Assembly: GCA_016840465.1 (NCBI GenBank)
Contig: JAEOSH010000010.1
Location: 1-32,000, forward strand
Length of the DNA: 32,000 nucleotides
Direction: 5' to 3'
Origin: Candidatus Baldrarchaeum yapensis
GTDB lineage: Archaea > Asgardarchaeota > Baldrarchaeia > Baldrarchaeales > Baldrarchaeaceae
A program made the translations under genes and the position numbers. Below are positions 17,354-26,964 of this stretch, piece after piece (within the stretch, counting starts at the first letter, position 1; every line of letters starts with the position of its first letter). The notes beneath the pieces are model-generated. The model saw only the letters and a list, made by a program, of their open reading frames with translations, was not told the origin of the DNA and ran no database searches.

Positions 17354-18214
17354 TCATCTCTCCCTCAGCGTCGGGTTTAACAATTCATTAAGCCCCTCAC
17401 CAAACAAACTAAACGCAAGAACCGCTAGGAAGATCATAAATCCGGGGAATGTTATGATCCACCAGTACCCCACTCCAAGAACGTATCTCCCGACAGTTAA
17501 ATCATATCCCCAATCAGGAGTCGGCGGCACCACGGGTCCCAGTCCTATGAACGTAAGCCCAGCCTCCGTAAGGATAGCGTCTGCTATGCATAGCGACATT
17601 ATAACCGCTATGTTCGGAATAACATTCGGAAATATGTACCTTAATAGCACAGTGCTCGAGCCCGCACCAAGCGCTCTCGCGGCCTCCACATACACCTCCT
17701 CTCTTATAGATAAAACTTGTCCTCGTGTCACTCGGAAAAACGTCGGAACATAAATTATCGCTATCGCTATTATCACGTTTATCACGTTTGGCCCGAGCAT
17801 GGCCGCGATTATTATCGCAAGTACGAGCCCCGGAAACGCGTAGATGCTGTCCATAATCAGTGATAGAATTCTATCGAGTGTTCCACCAGCATAACCTGAT
17901 ATAAGTCCTAGTGGTACACCAATCGCCATGGATACAAACGCTGCTACAATGCCAATATAAAGTGCAATTCTTCCTCCATGAATTATCCGACTAAGCATGT
18001 CTCTTCCCATCTTGTCAGTTCCTAACGGAAACTTCTCACAAGGTGGACAATAACTTGGACCAACGCTCTTAGTTGGATCATATGGTGATATATAAGGCGC
18101 GAGGACACTCATCAGCACAAGCGCTATTATCATAATTCCACCTATTACCGTAAACCAGAACTCTAACTCTCTTCTCCTGAAAATTCTCGAGAAGATCGCG
18201 CGTCTGATGGACAT
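17354..18214 (-). CDS. dppC: oligopeptide/dipeptide ABC transporter permease (OppC/DppC)
   Basis: PLGTDKMGRD, YVEAARALGA (EAA motif), EAGLTFIGLG and TM helices; GGTGAG SD before ATG 18214. Confidence 0.92.
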   Translation of the reverse strand: MSIRRAIFSRIFRRRELEFWFTVIGGIMIIALVLMSVLAPYISPYDPTKSVGPSYCPPCEKFPLGTDKMGRDMLSRIIHGGRIALYIGIVAAFVSMAIGVPLGLISGYAGGTLDRILSLIMDSIYAFPGLVLAIIIAAMLGPNVINVIIAIAIIYVPTFFRVTRGQVLSIREEVYVEAARALGAGSSTVLLRYIFPNVIPNIAVIMSLCIADAILTEAGLTFIGLGPVVPPTPDWGYDLTVGRYVLGVGYWWIITFPGFMIFLAVLAFSLFGEGLNELLNPTLRER

Positions 18215-18224
18215 GGCCCTCACC

Positions 18225-19235
18225 TTAGTATCTTATTCTCGGATCAATATATGCGTAAATCACGTCGACGATCAGATTAACAAGTACCACAAGTAATGCG
18301 TAGAACACAACCACTCCCTGTACCGCGGTGTAATCACGGTACGCGATTCTCTCAACAAGAAACGTCCCAATGCCCGGCCACGCAAATGAGGTCTCAGTAA
18401 GCACTGCCCCCGCCAACAGAAGTGCAAACTCCATGCCGAACATCGTGATTATCGGTATCAGCGCGTTCTTGAGCGCATGCCCGTATATAACCCTGTTTTC
18501 CGGAATTCCTCGGGCTCTTGCCGCCGTTATGAAATCCCTCCTTAAGATTTCTATTAGATTGCCGCGTGTCATCCTTGTAAATATCCCACTTAAGACAAGT
18601 CCTAACGTCATCGACGGAAGTATTAGGTGTCTGATTGCGCTCACAAAAGCAACGATGTTTCCGGTAAGTAAACTATCTATGAGATAGAGCCCCGTTATCC
18701 TTTTAGGAGTTGCCCAAGGCTCTATCCTACTACCAGACGGCAACCACTTGAGGTATACTGAAAATACAAGTTTAAGGAGCATTGCAAACCACGGTATGAA
18801 GAATGCGTATATCATGATCCCATATACACGTACGGCAACGTCCCCGGGAGTGTTTCTTCGTCTCGCGCCAAATGCTCCAGTGAATATTCCTACCACAATC
18901 GCCACAATCATCGAACATATTGTTAGCTCCAATGTCGCTGGAAAATGATCCATTATCTCCTCAAATACGGGCCTGTGGGTGTAAAGAGAAGTACCCATGT
19001 CTCCTTTAAGCAATCCACTTAGATAGTCGACATATTGTTCCCATAGTGGTTTGTCGAGTCCTAATTCGTGTCTCAATTTTTCTTTCACGCTCTCGGGAGC
19101 CTTAGGCCCGACTATCGCATCAACAGGGTCACCAGGCATGACACGCAATACCACGAAGACCACAGAGAGAAGTATTAGTATCATCGGGATTGCCAGTAAC
19201 AACCTTGAGATGATGTACACGCGCAAGGACACCAT
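18225..19235 (-). CDS. dppB: oligopeptide/dipeptide ABC transporter permease (OppB/DppB)
   Basis: PGDP, GLDKPL..QY, FPATLEL, FITAARARG, ETSFAWPGIG and DPRIRY motifs. Confidence 0.92.
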   Translation of the reverse strand: MVSLRVYIISRLLLAIPMILILLSVVFVVLRVMPGDPVDAIVGPKAPESVKEKLRHELGLDKPLWEQYVDYLSGLLKGDMGTSLYTHRPVFEEIMDHFPATLELTICSMIVAIVVGIFTGAFGARRRNTPGDVAVRVYGIMIYAFFIPWFAMLLKLVFSVYLKWLPSGSRIEPWATPKRITGLYLIDSLLTGNIVAFVSAIRHLILPSMTLGLVLSGIFTRMTRGNLIEILRRDFITAARARGIPENRVIYGHALKNALIPIITMFGMEFALLLAGAVLTETSFAWPGIGTFLVERIAYRDYTAVQGVVVFYALLVVLVNLIVDVIYAYIDPRIRY

Positions 19236-19425
19236 TTTTTGAGACCTCTGGCAGATTTCCTTTACTGGATCTTACAACCTATCTCAAAATATGGCTTTTT
19301 AAAGGTTATTCGAGAAAGAGCGACACCCGATCTGAGCAAAGGTAGAACTCCATAATTGATTCAAAAAATATGAATTAGAAGGATGCTCTATCGATGCGTA
19401 CACATGAGACCCGCGAACCATGAAA

Positions 19426-21051
19426 TTATGTCTTGAATATCATCCAGTACCTGAATATCTGTGTCGCATCTAGTACAACTCCATACACATTAAGCTTCGT
19501 GACGCAAATTTGCACTCCTTGGAACAGCGGAATCGTTGGGCAATCATAAGCGTAGATCTTTTGCGCCTTTATGTAGTAGTCAGTCCGTTTAGACATGTCA
19601 GTCGTAAGCCTCGCCATTAGTAGGTAGTCGTAGAGGGTCTTTCCATCGATCTTCATCGTGGACTCGTTGCTCTTGTAGAATGTTCCTAAGCTACATGCTG
19701 CCTCCCAAGTTCCAACAAATGGCCATAGGTAGTCGTCAGGATCGAGGTAATCGGGATACCATCCCAAGAGGAATATCTCCATCACTCCTTTTTCCATGTT
19801 ATCAACATATGTCGACCATTCAGCAAATTCCAACTTCACATTAATCATACCTGTTCTTTCGAGCTGCTCCTTTATTAGCGCTGCTAACTCCGCCTCCGTA
19901 GGACCATAGTGCTCGGGAGTGTACCATAACGTTATATTTAATTTGTTCGTTTCGCTATAACCCGCCTTTCTTAAGAGTTCTTGTGCATACGTTATGTTTC
20001 CTTCCTCTCCATAAAGTTCCTTGAATGCATCTATATGGCTCCACATACCCTTCGGGACCATGCTGAACAGAGGCTCCGCTTGACCCAAGAAGATCTTCTC
20101 GCATATCTCCGTTCTGTTAATTGCTGCTGCAATTGCCTGCCTTACATAGACATTGTCAAATGGGGACATGTTGCATCTAAGCACGAGGTATCTGATGAAT
20201 GGGCTCGGAGATGTCAGGACCCTGAAGTTGGGATCTTTCATGAATGCTTCAACATCCTCGGGATGGAGGGTTCTGTAAGCAATATCGATCTCACCAGCTC
20301 TCAACGCAGCAGCTAGGTCCTCAGAGGTCTTATAGAACTTGATGATTACTCTCTTCATCTTCGGGAAGTGTGACTGATCCCAGTAGTCGTCAAATCTCTC
20401 CAGTATTATATGTACGTCTTTCACCCATTCCACTACCTTGAAGGGCCCGCAACCAATCGCAACATCACTGAATTTATCGGCAGGGAAGGACTCCATTGAA
20501 ACAGGATACGAAACTGTAAACGCGAGGATCGAGAGGAGGATCGATGTGTTGACCTTGAGTCTTATCATGAGCGTCGTTTCGTTTATTGCTCTCGTGTAGT
20601 TAATTATATCGGTCAATAGGAATGCAGGATCTCCCCCAAGTTCCATGCTTCTGTTAAGGGACCAAGACACCACTGTGGCGTTAAGTTCAGATCCATCGTG
20701 GAACTTTACGCCCTCCCTTATTTTGATGTACCATGTATACCCGTTATCGGTAATAATGGGGAAATCTTCAGCAAGCGCGGGCTCTAGCTCTGTCGTTCCG
20801 GGTTTATACCTATATAGTCCCTCGAAGACGTTTTCTATGACGTTGCACGATAGATAATCATAGGCGTTCGCAGGGTCGAGCGTCACAAGCCTATCGGTAG
20901 TTCCAATGACTATTGTCTCCTTGGCAACTGCGGTCACCATCTGTTGCTGCATGTACCAGTACCATATTCCGATGTTAACGCCTATTACGACAATTATGAA
21001 TACCAATATTCCGATGAGGGTCCTTCTCTCCACTCTCCACACCTTAGGCAA
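19426..21051 (-). CDS. dppA: ABC transporter substrate-binding protein, family 5 (DppA/OppA-like), N-terminal membrane anchor
   Basis: TM helix aa 13-33, TLDPA, FEGLY, LEPALA, KFHDG, GCGPFK and GWYPDYLDPD motifs; TTG start. Confidence 0.9.
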   Translation of the reverse strand: MPKVWRVERRTLIGILVFIIVVIGVNIGIWYWYMQQQMVTAVAKETIVIGTTDRLVTLDPANAYDYLSCNVIENVFEGLYRYKPGTTELEPALAEDFPIITDNGYTWYIKIREGVKFHDGSELNATVVSWSLNRSMELGGDPAFLLTDIINYTRAINETTLMIRLKVNTSILLSILAFTVSYPVSMESFPADKFSDVAIGCGPFKVVEWVKDVHIILERFDDYWDQSHFPKMKRVIIKFYKTSEDLAAALRAGEIDIAYRTLHPEDVEAFMKDPNFRVLTSPSPFIRYLVLRCNMSPFDNVYVRQAIAAAINRTEICEKIFLGQAEPLFSMVPKGMWSHIDAFKELYGEEGNITYAQELLRKAGYSETNKLNITLWYTPEHYGPTEAELAALIKEQLERTGMINVKLEFAEWSTYVDNMEKGVMEIFLLGWYPDYLDPDDYLWPFVGTWEAACSLGTFYKSNESTMKIDGKTLYDYLLMARLTTDMSKRTDYYIKAQKIYAYDCPTIPLFQGVQICVTKLNVYGVVLDATQIFRYWMIFKT

Positions 21052-21320
21052 TTTTTAGTAGCCATATCATTTTTGGAATTCCAGTACCTCTTTTAAAGTT
21101 ATTGGGCAAAAACTAGGTTGTCTTTCAGCAAATTTTTGAAATCATTTTGACAATTACTTAATAGATGTACTAACATTTCACTTTTCGGAGCAAAAGAAGC
21201 TGAAGTAACATTCTTTATCGAAAGATGTCAAAAAATTTGAGAAATATCGTGCAAAAATTGCAAGTGATCTCAAAAATCTTCCAAGCAAGTTAGTCAAGTA
21301 TAATCACTATTCGAAAACTG

Positions 21321-21352
21321 TTATTATTGACGAGTGATTGTGTCAATAGTAA
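21321..21352. repeat. inverted repeat in the divergent dppA / 21730 intergenic region
   Basis: TTATTATTGAC-N10-GTCAATAGTAA, 10 of 11 positions complementary. Confidence 0.5.
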
Positions 21353-21729
21353 TTATGTGTCATGCTGAGTATCGAACACTGTTGCATGGGGGGACTCCTC
21401 ATACTCAAAACACTTTACAGCATTTGTCGTGATATTCCCTTAAGGGAGGGAGTTAAGAGAATTGGCAAAGTTTACACTTGGTATTTCATATTCCTTTGAG
21501 GACGTTCTTTGACGAGATTGTATATGAGGAGGAAAAGAGTCAAGGACATACACATAGGGTGAGCGCTCTTACTGGCATATTGGCATAGAGGGTCATAATA
21601 TCCGAGAAATATCATGTAATTGCCACAGTTATCTCTTCATTATCCGACGATTTTGTCGAGAACGTCCCTTTTGGAAAAGTAAATATAATACATTAGCGAA
21701 CATTTTGCAACAAGTCTTAATTTGGTGAG

Positions 21730-23667
21730 ATGGGATTGCCTCTTTTTAGAAGGAAGAAAGAAAAGGAAATTGCCGAGCCTCCAACGATAGAAGAACTGCT
21801 TGAGGAAAAGAGAGAAACCTTTGCCAAAAGGCCGCGGGAAGCCGAGGGGGCGCTTGCGGTCAGGGTCATAGAAAGAGAGGAAATCGAAATTCGCGATGGA
21901 ACCCCGAATATCATAAGCGAGGAGAGAAGGATAGTCATCGAGAACCTCTCGAAATCCCCCATACTATCCGTGGAGGTCGCATTGAAGGGAGTTGACGCGG
22001 TGAAGCTTGAAAAGGATCGGATAATGATCCCAAGGCTAACCCCCCTCGGCGAGGAGCACAGTTCACACGAAGTCAGGTACAATATTAACATATCGAAGTA
22101 CAGGATCCCAGTAGAGATAAAGTGTGAGACATCTCTCGGGGAGGGGGTGAAAACTCCGGTCCTCCTGTATAATAACGATAACGCTTTGAAATTTAAGTTA
22201 TACATCAAAAACACGACCGACCAGATGCTCGAGGACGTAGTGGTGTTTAAGGAGCTACCATCGGCCGATTGTGAGATCGTAGGCATGAACAAAGAGATCG
22301 GGGATCTAAGGCATGAAGATGACAAGATAGCATGGCAGATTCCGTTAATTGAGGGCAACTCGGAAAGTTCCTGCGAGATAGATCTAAACGTTAGGCCCAG
22401 AACTACGGATCCCGTGGACCTCGGAAACATGATCGTAAATCTGATGTTGGAACGCGCACTCAGCGGTCTGTCGATAGATAGGGTTACCGGAACGGCAAGA
22501 ATATCCCATAGGGTAATTAAAAAGGAGAGAAGGGATGAAGCAGGGATATGGGACATAGAACTTCACGTGATGAACCCGAACGACTTTCCAGTGACGATAG
22601 AGGGAGAAATACTTCCGATGGGAGGAGAAATTTTCATCTCTGAGCACATGGGCGCGCACTACATAAAGGTCGAGGACAACAAGGTGAGGATTTCGGATAT
22701 AACCGTGGATCCCGGTGCCGACGAAACAATCGGTCCTATATCAATAAAATCCATAGCGTTTCCCCCCATGCAGACGAAACTCAGGGCCATAGTTCCAAAA
22801 ACCGTAACGTTCAGGTCAGAGGCAAAGTATATGATTCCCGGTGGGAGAATACCGGTACTGTGGGGAGAAGTTGTAAAGGATATAAGCGTCACGCCTGAGG
22901 AAGCCTACAAGGACTACGTGAGGCAGAACGAAATACCACCACTGGGCAAGTCGACTGTGAGCGTGACGACTAGGTTCACGAATAAAGGAAGTGCACCCGT
23001 CGGCTACCTGAAGATAATCGAGGACCTGCCCCCAGGATTCGATAATGTCAAGGGAGTTAAAGTTAAGGTGAGAGGAAAAGAGGTAAGTGAAGGGATAGAG
23101 TATAAAGTGGCCCCTGAGGGCGTGGGCGTTCAGGAGCGGAGACAACTCATCGTGGAGATAAAGGATTTCGACGGTTATGGAGGCCCCCTGAAGAATGGGG
23201 ACAGCCTCCTCTTGGAATATGATCTGGAGGCAGAAAATCCATTCCCCGGAACTTATGAATTCGGATGCTTCATGCTTGCATCCACAGATCCCGACAATGT
23301 GAAACTCGAAGTATCGTTGCCCAGCGAAAAGATCCCCAGAGTGGAGGTAATAATGCTCGCGCGGGAGATAGAAATCCAACAGGATGTTGTCCCGCTTGAG
23401 GCAATGGACGAGTACGAGGTTGTATTAACCGTGATAAATTCAAGCGAATTCCCAGTACGAAACTATAAGGTCAGAGACCTAGTACCGTCGAGCTTCGATG
23501 TCATAGAGGCCATGCCGAAGGCGGAGGTTAAACGCATCAAGGAAGGCACTATCTTACAATGGGTCATACCCGATATTCCACCCAAGGAGCAAGTTATACT
23601 AAAGTATAGGGTCAAAGGCAAGGGAGGGTACAAAATAGAGGATCTTATCGGAGTAAACGAAGTATAA
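21730..23667 (+). CDS. 645-aa cytoplasmic multi-beta-sandwich protein; N-terminal mu-homology (delta-COP/adaptin-mu)-like domain plus DUF11/Ig-like repeats
   Basis: No signal peptide or TM segment. Recurrent [IVF]xN-x4-[PL]-[IVL]...(E/D)xxP modules at aa ~69, 159, 280, 416 and 568. Aa ~43-254 show a mu-homology-like motif order. The ORF is certain; the fold call is by eye. Confidence 0.6.
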   Translation: MGLPLFRRKKEKEIAEPPTIEELLEEKRETFAKRPREAEGALAVRVIEREEIEIRDGTPNIISEERRIVIENLSKSPILSVEVALKGVDAVKLEKDRIMIPRLTPLGEEHSSHEVRYNINISKYRIPVEIKCETSLGEGVKTPVLLYNNDNALKFKLYIKNTTDQMLEDVVVFKELPSADCEIVGMNKEIGDLRHEDDKIAWQIPLIEGNSESSCEIDLNVRPRTTDPVDLGNMIVNLMLERALSGLSIDRVTGTARISHRVIKKERRDEAGIWDIELHVMNPNDFPVTIEGEILPMGGEIFISEHMGAHYIKVEDNKVRISDITVDPGADETIGPISIKSIAFPPMQTKLRAIVPKTVTFRSEAKYMIPGGRIPVLWGEVVKDISVTPEEAYKDYVRQNEIPPLGKSTVSVTTRFTNKGSAPVGYLKIIEDLPPGFDNVKGVKVKVRGKEVSEGIEYKVAPEGVGVQERRQLIVEIKDFDGYGGPLKNGDSLLLEYDLEAENPFPGTYEFGCFMLASTDPDNVKLEVSLPSEKIPRVEVIMLAREIEIQQDVVPLEAMDEYEVVLTVINSSEFPVRNYKVRDLVPSSFDVIEAMPKAEVKRIKEGTILQWVIPDIPPKEQVILKYRVKGKGGYKIEDLIGVNEV

Positions 23668-23680
23668 TTTAACTCCTAAA

Positions 23681-23691
23681 CTCTCTTTTTT
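23681..23691 (+). terminator. oligo-T archaeal terminator candidate
   Basis: CTCTCTTTTTT about 14 nt after the stop of 21730..23667. Confidence 0.4.
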
Positions 23692-23956
23692 ATCGGACTT
23701 CTTAAGGTATATCGATAACCGATGCCACTTTCTCTTTTTGCCATTTTGCGAATATCAGCACGACAAGGGGAATAATGTCTACGTCTTTATTCTTCTGTAA
23801 TTGCCGAAGTATGAACATATTTTTCTTATTTTTGCGTAAAATTATGTTTTTTACAGGAGAGTGGTATCCCCTACAAACAGAATGTTTGGATACAAATATT
23901 ATAGAAAAATAGAAATACTGGGTACACATTTCTTAAGGATCACAAGGGTGAGATGT

Positions 23957-25459
23957 ATGGGACTTAAACCCCAAGAAATTTTGGAGAAGATCAGGAGCTG
24001 GTGGAGGCCCGATGTTATATCGCCGGAGAAGGTAAAGCAGTTCATAGAGATGATTCCCTTATTTAAAAAGGACAAGGATGATCCTGCATTCAAGTCGCAA
24101 AAGGAGATAAGGGAAATTCAGAACAAGAATCTCAGGAGACAGATAGAACTCTGCGCAAAGTATAGTCCCTATTACAAAGAACTCTTCAAGAAGCATAACA
24201 TAGACCCCTCCGATATTAAGACGATTGACGATCTCGAGAAAATACCCCTTACGTTCAAAAGCGATTATATGAAGGATCCTGAGGCTTTTAGGCTTCGCCT
24301 CGGGCTTGACAGACCTTTTTGGGAATTGATACTCTGGGACGTCACCTTCACCACAGGAACCGTCACCGGAAGACCCTCGATATTCTATAACACAACTCAT
24401 GACATATACGCAACTGCCCAATTCCTCATGCGATCCGGAAAGATCTGCTGGGCCACACCCTACGATGTTGTGTTTAACGCCTTCCCCTTTGGACCGATAC
24501 CCCACATCGGATATAACAGATGCGTAACGGCAGGGTTGGCCGAAGGTTGCGCGGTGGTTGCAGGACATACGGGTATCCGGCATCCGGAGTTCCCCATTGT
24601 TCACAGAAGTCTGGATGAGACAATAGAACTATGCGCCATCCACAGGTGCACGATAATCATGGGCATCGCAAGCTACCTCAGGAGGTTCGTAATGAGGGCT
24701 GAGGAACTTGGAGTGGATCTGTCATCGGTGAGAATAATACATGCTCTGGGAGAACCGTGCCCTAAAGGGATGCGTGAAGACCTGAGAAAGAGGCTTGAAA
24801 GCTTAGGCGCGGAAGACGTGTTCATACACAATGGATACGGATTCACCGAATGTCAGGGGAGTTTCTCCGAATGCACGGAACTCGGTGGCAATCACAACCC
24901 CGATCCGACTCTTTACTTCATTGAGATAGTCGATCCTGAGACTGGAGAGAGAAAGGAGGAGGGAGAAGAGGGAGCGATCGCGATAACGCACCTGAACAGA
25001 CGCGGAACTGTATTGCTTAGATACGTGCTCGGAGATATTGGCAAGATAACATACGAAACATGCCCATATTGTGGTAGAAATACAGAAAGACTCATGCCAA
25101 TTCATGGAAGCGTATATGCGACCAGAACGAAGGATCTAATAAAGGTGAAGGGGACTCTCATCAATCCGGGACTTTTAAATGACACGATCGAGAACATAAA
25201 GGGAATTGCGGAGTATCAGGTCGTGATAACGAAGGAGGATCCGAAAGATCCATATTCCATGGATAAGGTAATAATAAGAGTCGCACCGACGGGAGAAAGG
25301 GATGTAGAGGATTTAAAGGCGGAGATACTTGACAAAGTATTCAAGGCAATAGAAATGCGGCCTGAGATCGTGATAGAACCCTCGCCCTACGCGATATACG
25401 ACCCACGGGTATCGCTGAAAGCGACGAGAATAGTGGACAAGAGACCAAAGGTCGAGTGA
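23957..25459 (+). CDS. phenylacetate-CoA ligase (PaaK)-like AMP-forming acyl-CoA ligase
   Basis: SPYYKELF, DLEKIPLTFK, TTGTVTGRP P-loop, GEP, YGFTE, LLRYVLGD, IKVKGTLINP and KATRIVDKR; GGTGA SD before ATG 23957. Confidence 0.85.
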   Translation: MGLKPQEILEKIRSWWRPDVISPEKVKQFIEMIPLFKKDKDDPAFKSQKEIREIQNKNLRRQIELCAKYSPYYKELFKKHNIDPSDIKTIDDLEKIPLTFKSDYMKDPEAFRLRLGLDRPFWELILWDVTFTTGTVTGRPSIFYNTTHDIYATAQFLMRSGKICWATPYDVVFNAFPFGPIPHIGYNRCVTAGLAEGCAVVAGHTGIRHPEFPIVHRSLDETIELCAIHRCTIIMGIASYLRRFVMRAEELGVDLSSVRIIHALGEPCPKGMREDLRKRLESLGAEDVFIHNGYGFTECQGSFSECTELGGNHNPDPTLYFIEIVDPETGERKEEGEEGAIAITHLNRRGTVLLRYVLGDIGKITYETCPYCGRNTERLMPIHGSVYATRTKDLIKVKGTLINPGLLNDTIENIKGIAEYQVVITKEDPKDPYSMDKVIIRVAPTGERDVEDLKAEILDKVFKAIEMRPEIVIEPSPYAIYDPRVSLKATRIVDKRPKVE

Positions 25460-25658
25460 CGGGAGCCTTAGAGTACCGTTTTATTCCACAAATTTACGAT
25501 TTTTACGAATTTATCCGTCCACATCTATGATTTTTCTCGAAACAATCACTACATCGGAAAAGAGATTATGCGTCGAAGTTGGGACTAGATATTTTTATTA
25601 TGGCGACACACCCGGTAATTATGATTATGAGAACCCGGGCACACAGAGGTGGGTGGAA

Positions 25659-26429
25659 TTGAGTGAGGCAGAATTGAGAGCACGAATAAGGGAAGCCGCG
25701 GAACTCATAGTCGAGAGTAAGAAAAACGTCGCACTAACTGGAGCCGGAATCTCTGTGGAAAGCGGAATACCCGATTTTAGGGGACCAAATGGTCTTTGGA
25801 AGAGATATGGTGAGCATGTTGGACATATTTCGTTCTTCTTCACAAATCCAGGCGAATTTTGGAAGTTTGCACTGGAAGTAGCGAAGGTTATATTCGCGGC
25901 ACGCCCCAATCCGGCGCATTACGCGCTCGCCGAACTTGAGAAGATGGGGAAGCTTCATTGCATCATAACTCAGAATATTGATGGCTTACATCAAAAGGCA
26001 GGAAGTAAGAACGTAATAGAAATTCATGGAACCGCATGGAGATTGGTATGTCTCCAGTGTGGAACTAAATTCCCCGTAGAGGAAATTGCCAGCAAACTCA
26101 TGAGTAAAGGCTTCACAATTCCTCGATGTCTCAAATGCGAGGGGATTCTAAAACCTGACACGGTCTTCTTCGGTGAGCGCTTACCTGAGGAAGAGTTAAA
26201 GATAGCAATTTCTGAGTCTATGAGTTGCGATCTTTTCATGGTGGTGGGAAGTTCATTAGTCGTATACCCGGCAGCGAGCCTTCCGGGTATTGCGAAAAGT
26301 CATGGTGCAAAGACCATACTTGTTAACTTGGAGAGAACTGCAATGGATGAGATGTTTGACGTCGTGATTTATGGAAAAGCGGGAGAAATACTTCCTAAAA
26401 TAGTCGAAGAAGTAAAAAAGATGATGTGA
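25659..26429 (+). CDS. cobB: NAD-dependent protein deacylase, Sir2 family
   Basis: LTGAGISVESGIPDFRG, ITQNIDGLH, EIHG, CLQC...CLKC Zn site, KPDTVFFGE and GSSLVVYPA; GAGGTG SD before TTG 25659 (or GTG 25653). Confidence 0.92.
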   Translation: MSEAELRARIREAAELIVESKKNVALTGAGISVESGIPDFRGPNGLWKRYGEHVGHISFFFTNPGEFWKFALEVAKVIFAARPNPAHYALAELEKMGKLHCIITQNIDGLHQKAGSKNVIEIHGTAWRLVCLQCGTKFPVEEIASKLMSKGFTIPRCLKCEGILKPDTVFFGERLPEEELKIAISESMSCDLFMVVGSSLVVYPAASLPGIAKSHGAKTILVNLERTAMDEMFDVVIYGKAGEILPKIVEEVKKMM

Positions 26430-26450
26430 ATTAAAATAAAGGGAGATATG

Positions 26451-26954
26451 CTAAGGAGTGAGTTCTAGTACGAACTCGCAGGCATCTCCTCCAGCAGCAC
26501 GACATTTGACCTCATCACACTTTGCCCTCGACATACCCAAGTTTTTGGCTATTTTTTCACAAATTCTTTCCACAGCCCCGGCAAACATCGTGCACATTGG
26601 AATATCCGGAGATGGGGACTCTAGATCTAGGCATAACTTGCATTCTCTTAGTCTGCATCTCACCACAATTCTCTGATCGGATCTTTCAGATGAAATATCA
26701 TCAAATATCTGTCCAACTATGAAATTGAGGAAGTCATTTAGCATTCTCTCGAGATCAGTAACCGTGTGTGGTGCTACCTTTACATGCGACATGAATTCGT
26801 CATATAAAGCATCGGCAATTTTTCTTCCAAATTCCTTAAGTGTGCTCACTACCTCCTCCGCCGCAAGTCCGCTCCCCATGAGATAAGTGACGAACGCCTG
26901 AAGCGCGGCGGTATAACCATACACATTGATTTTATCGACTTTTCTCCAAGACAT
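26451..26954 (-). CDS. V4R-domain protein, Bet3/TRAPP-like
   Basis: ECKLC, PMC and EVKCRAAGGDACEF V4R Cys pattern; LKEFGRKIADALYDEF helix; GAGGTGG SD before ATG 26954. Confidence 0.75.
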   Translation of the reverse strand: MSWRKVDKINVYGYTAALQAFVTYLMGSGLAAEEVVSTLKEFGRKIADALYDEFMSHVKVAPHTVTDLERMLNDFLNFIVGQIFDDISSERSDQRIVVRCRLRECKLCLDLESPSPDIPMCTMFAGAVERICEKIAKNLGMSRAKCDEVKCRAAGGDACEFVLELTP

Positions 26955-26964
26955 GAGCGCCACC

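Noticed and set aside
21500-21667. MITE bounded by GGACGTTCT / AGAACGTCC inverted repeats
   Set aside because: Only 9 bp are perfect, with no target-site duplication and no second copy in the window.
23861-23956. N-terminal extension of the PaaK-like ligase
   Set aside because: The sequence is AT-rich and promoter-like, and a GGTGA SD supports ATG 23957.
25527-25658. 44-aa N-terminal extension on Sir2
   Set aside because: A GAGGTG SD supports a start at 25653 or 25659 that gives a normal-length sirtuin; the upstream in-frame stretch looks like open intergenic sequence.
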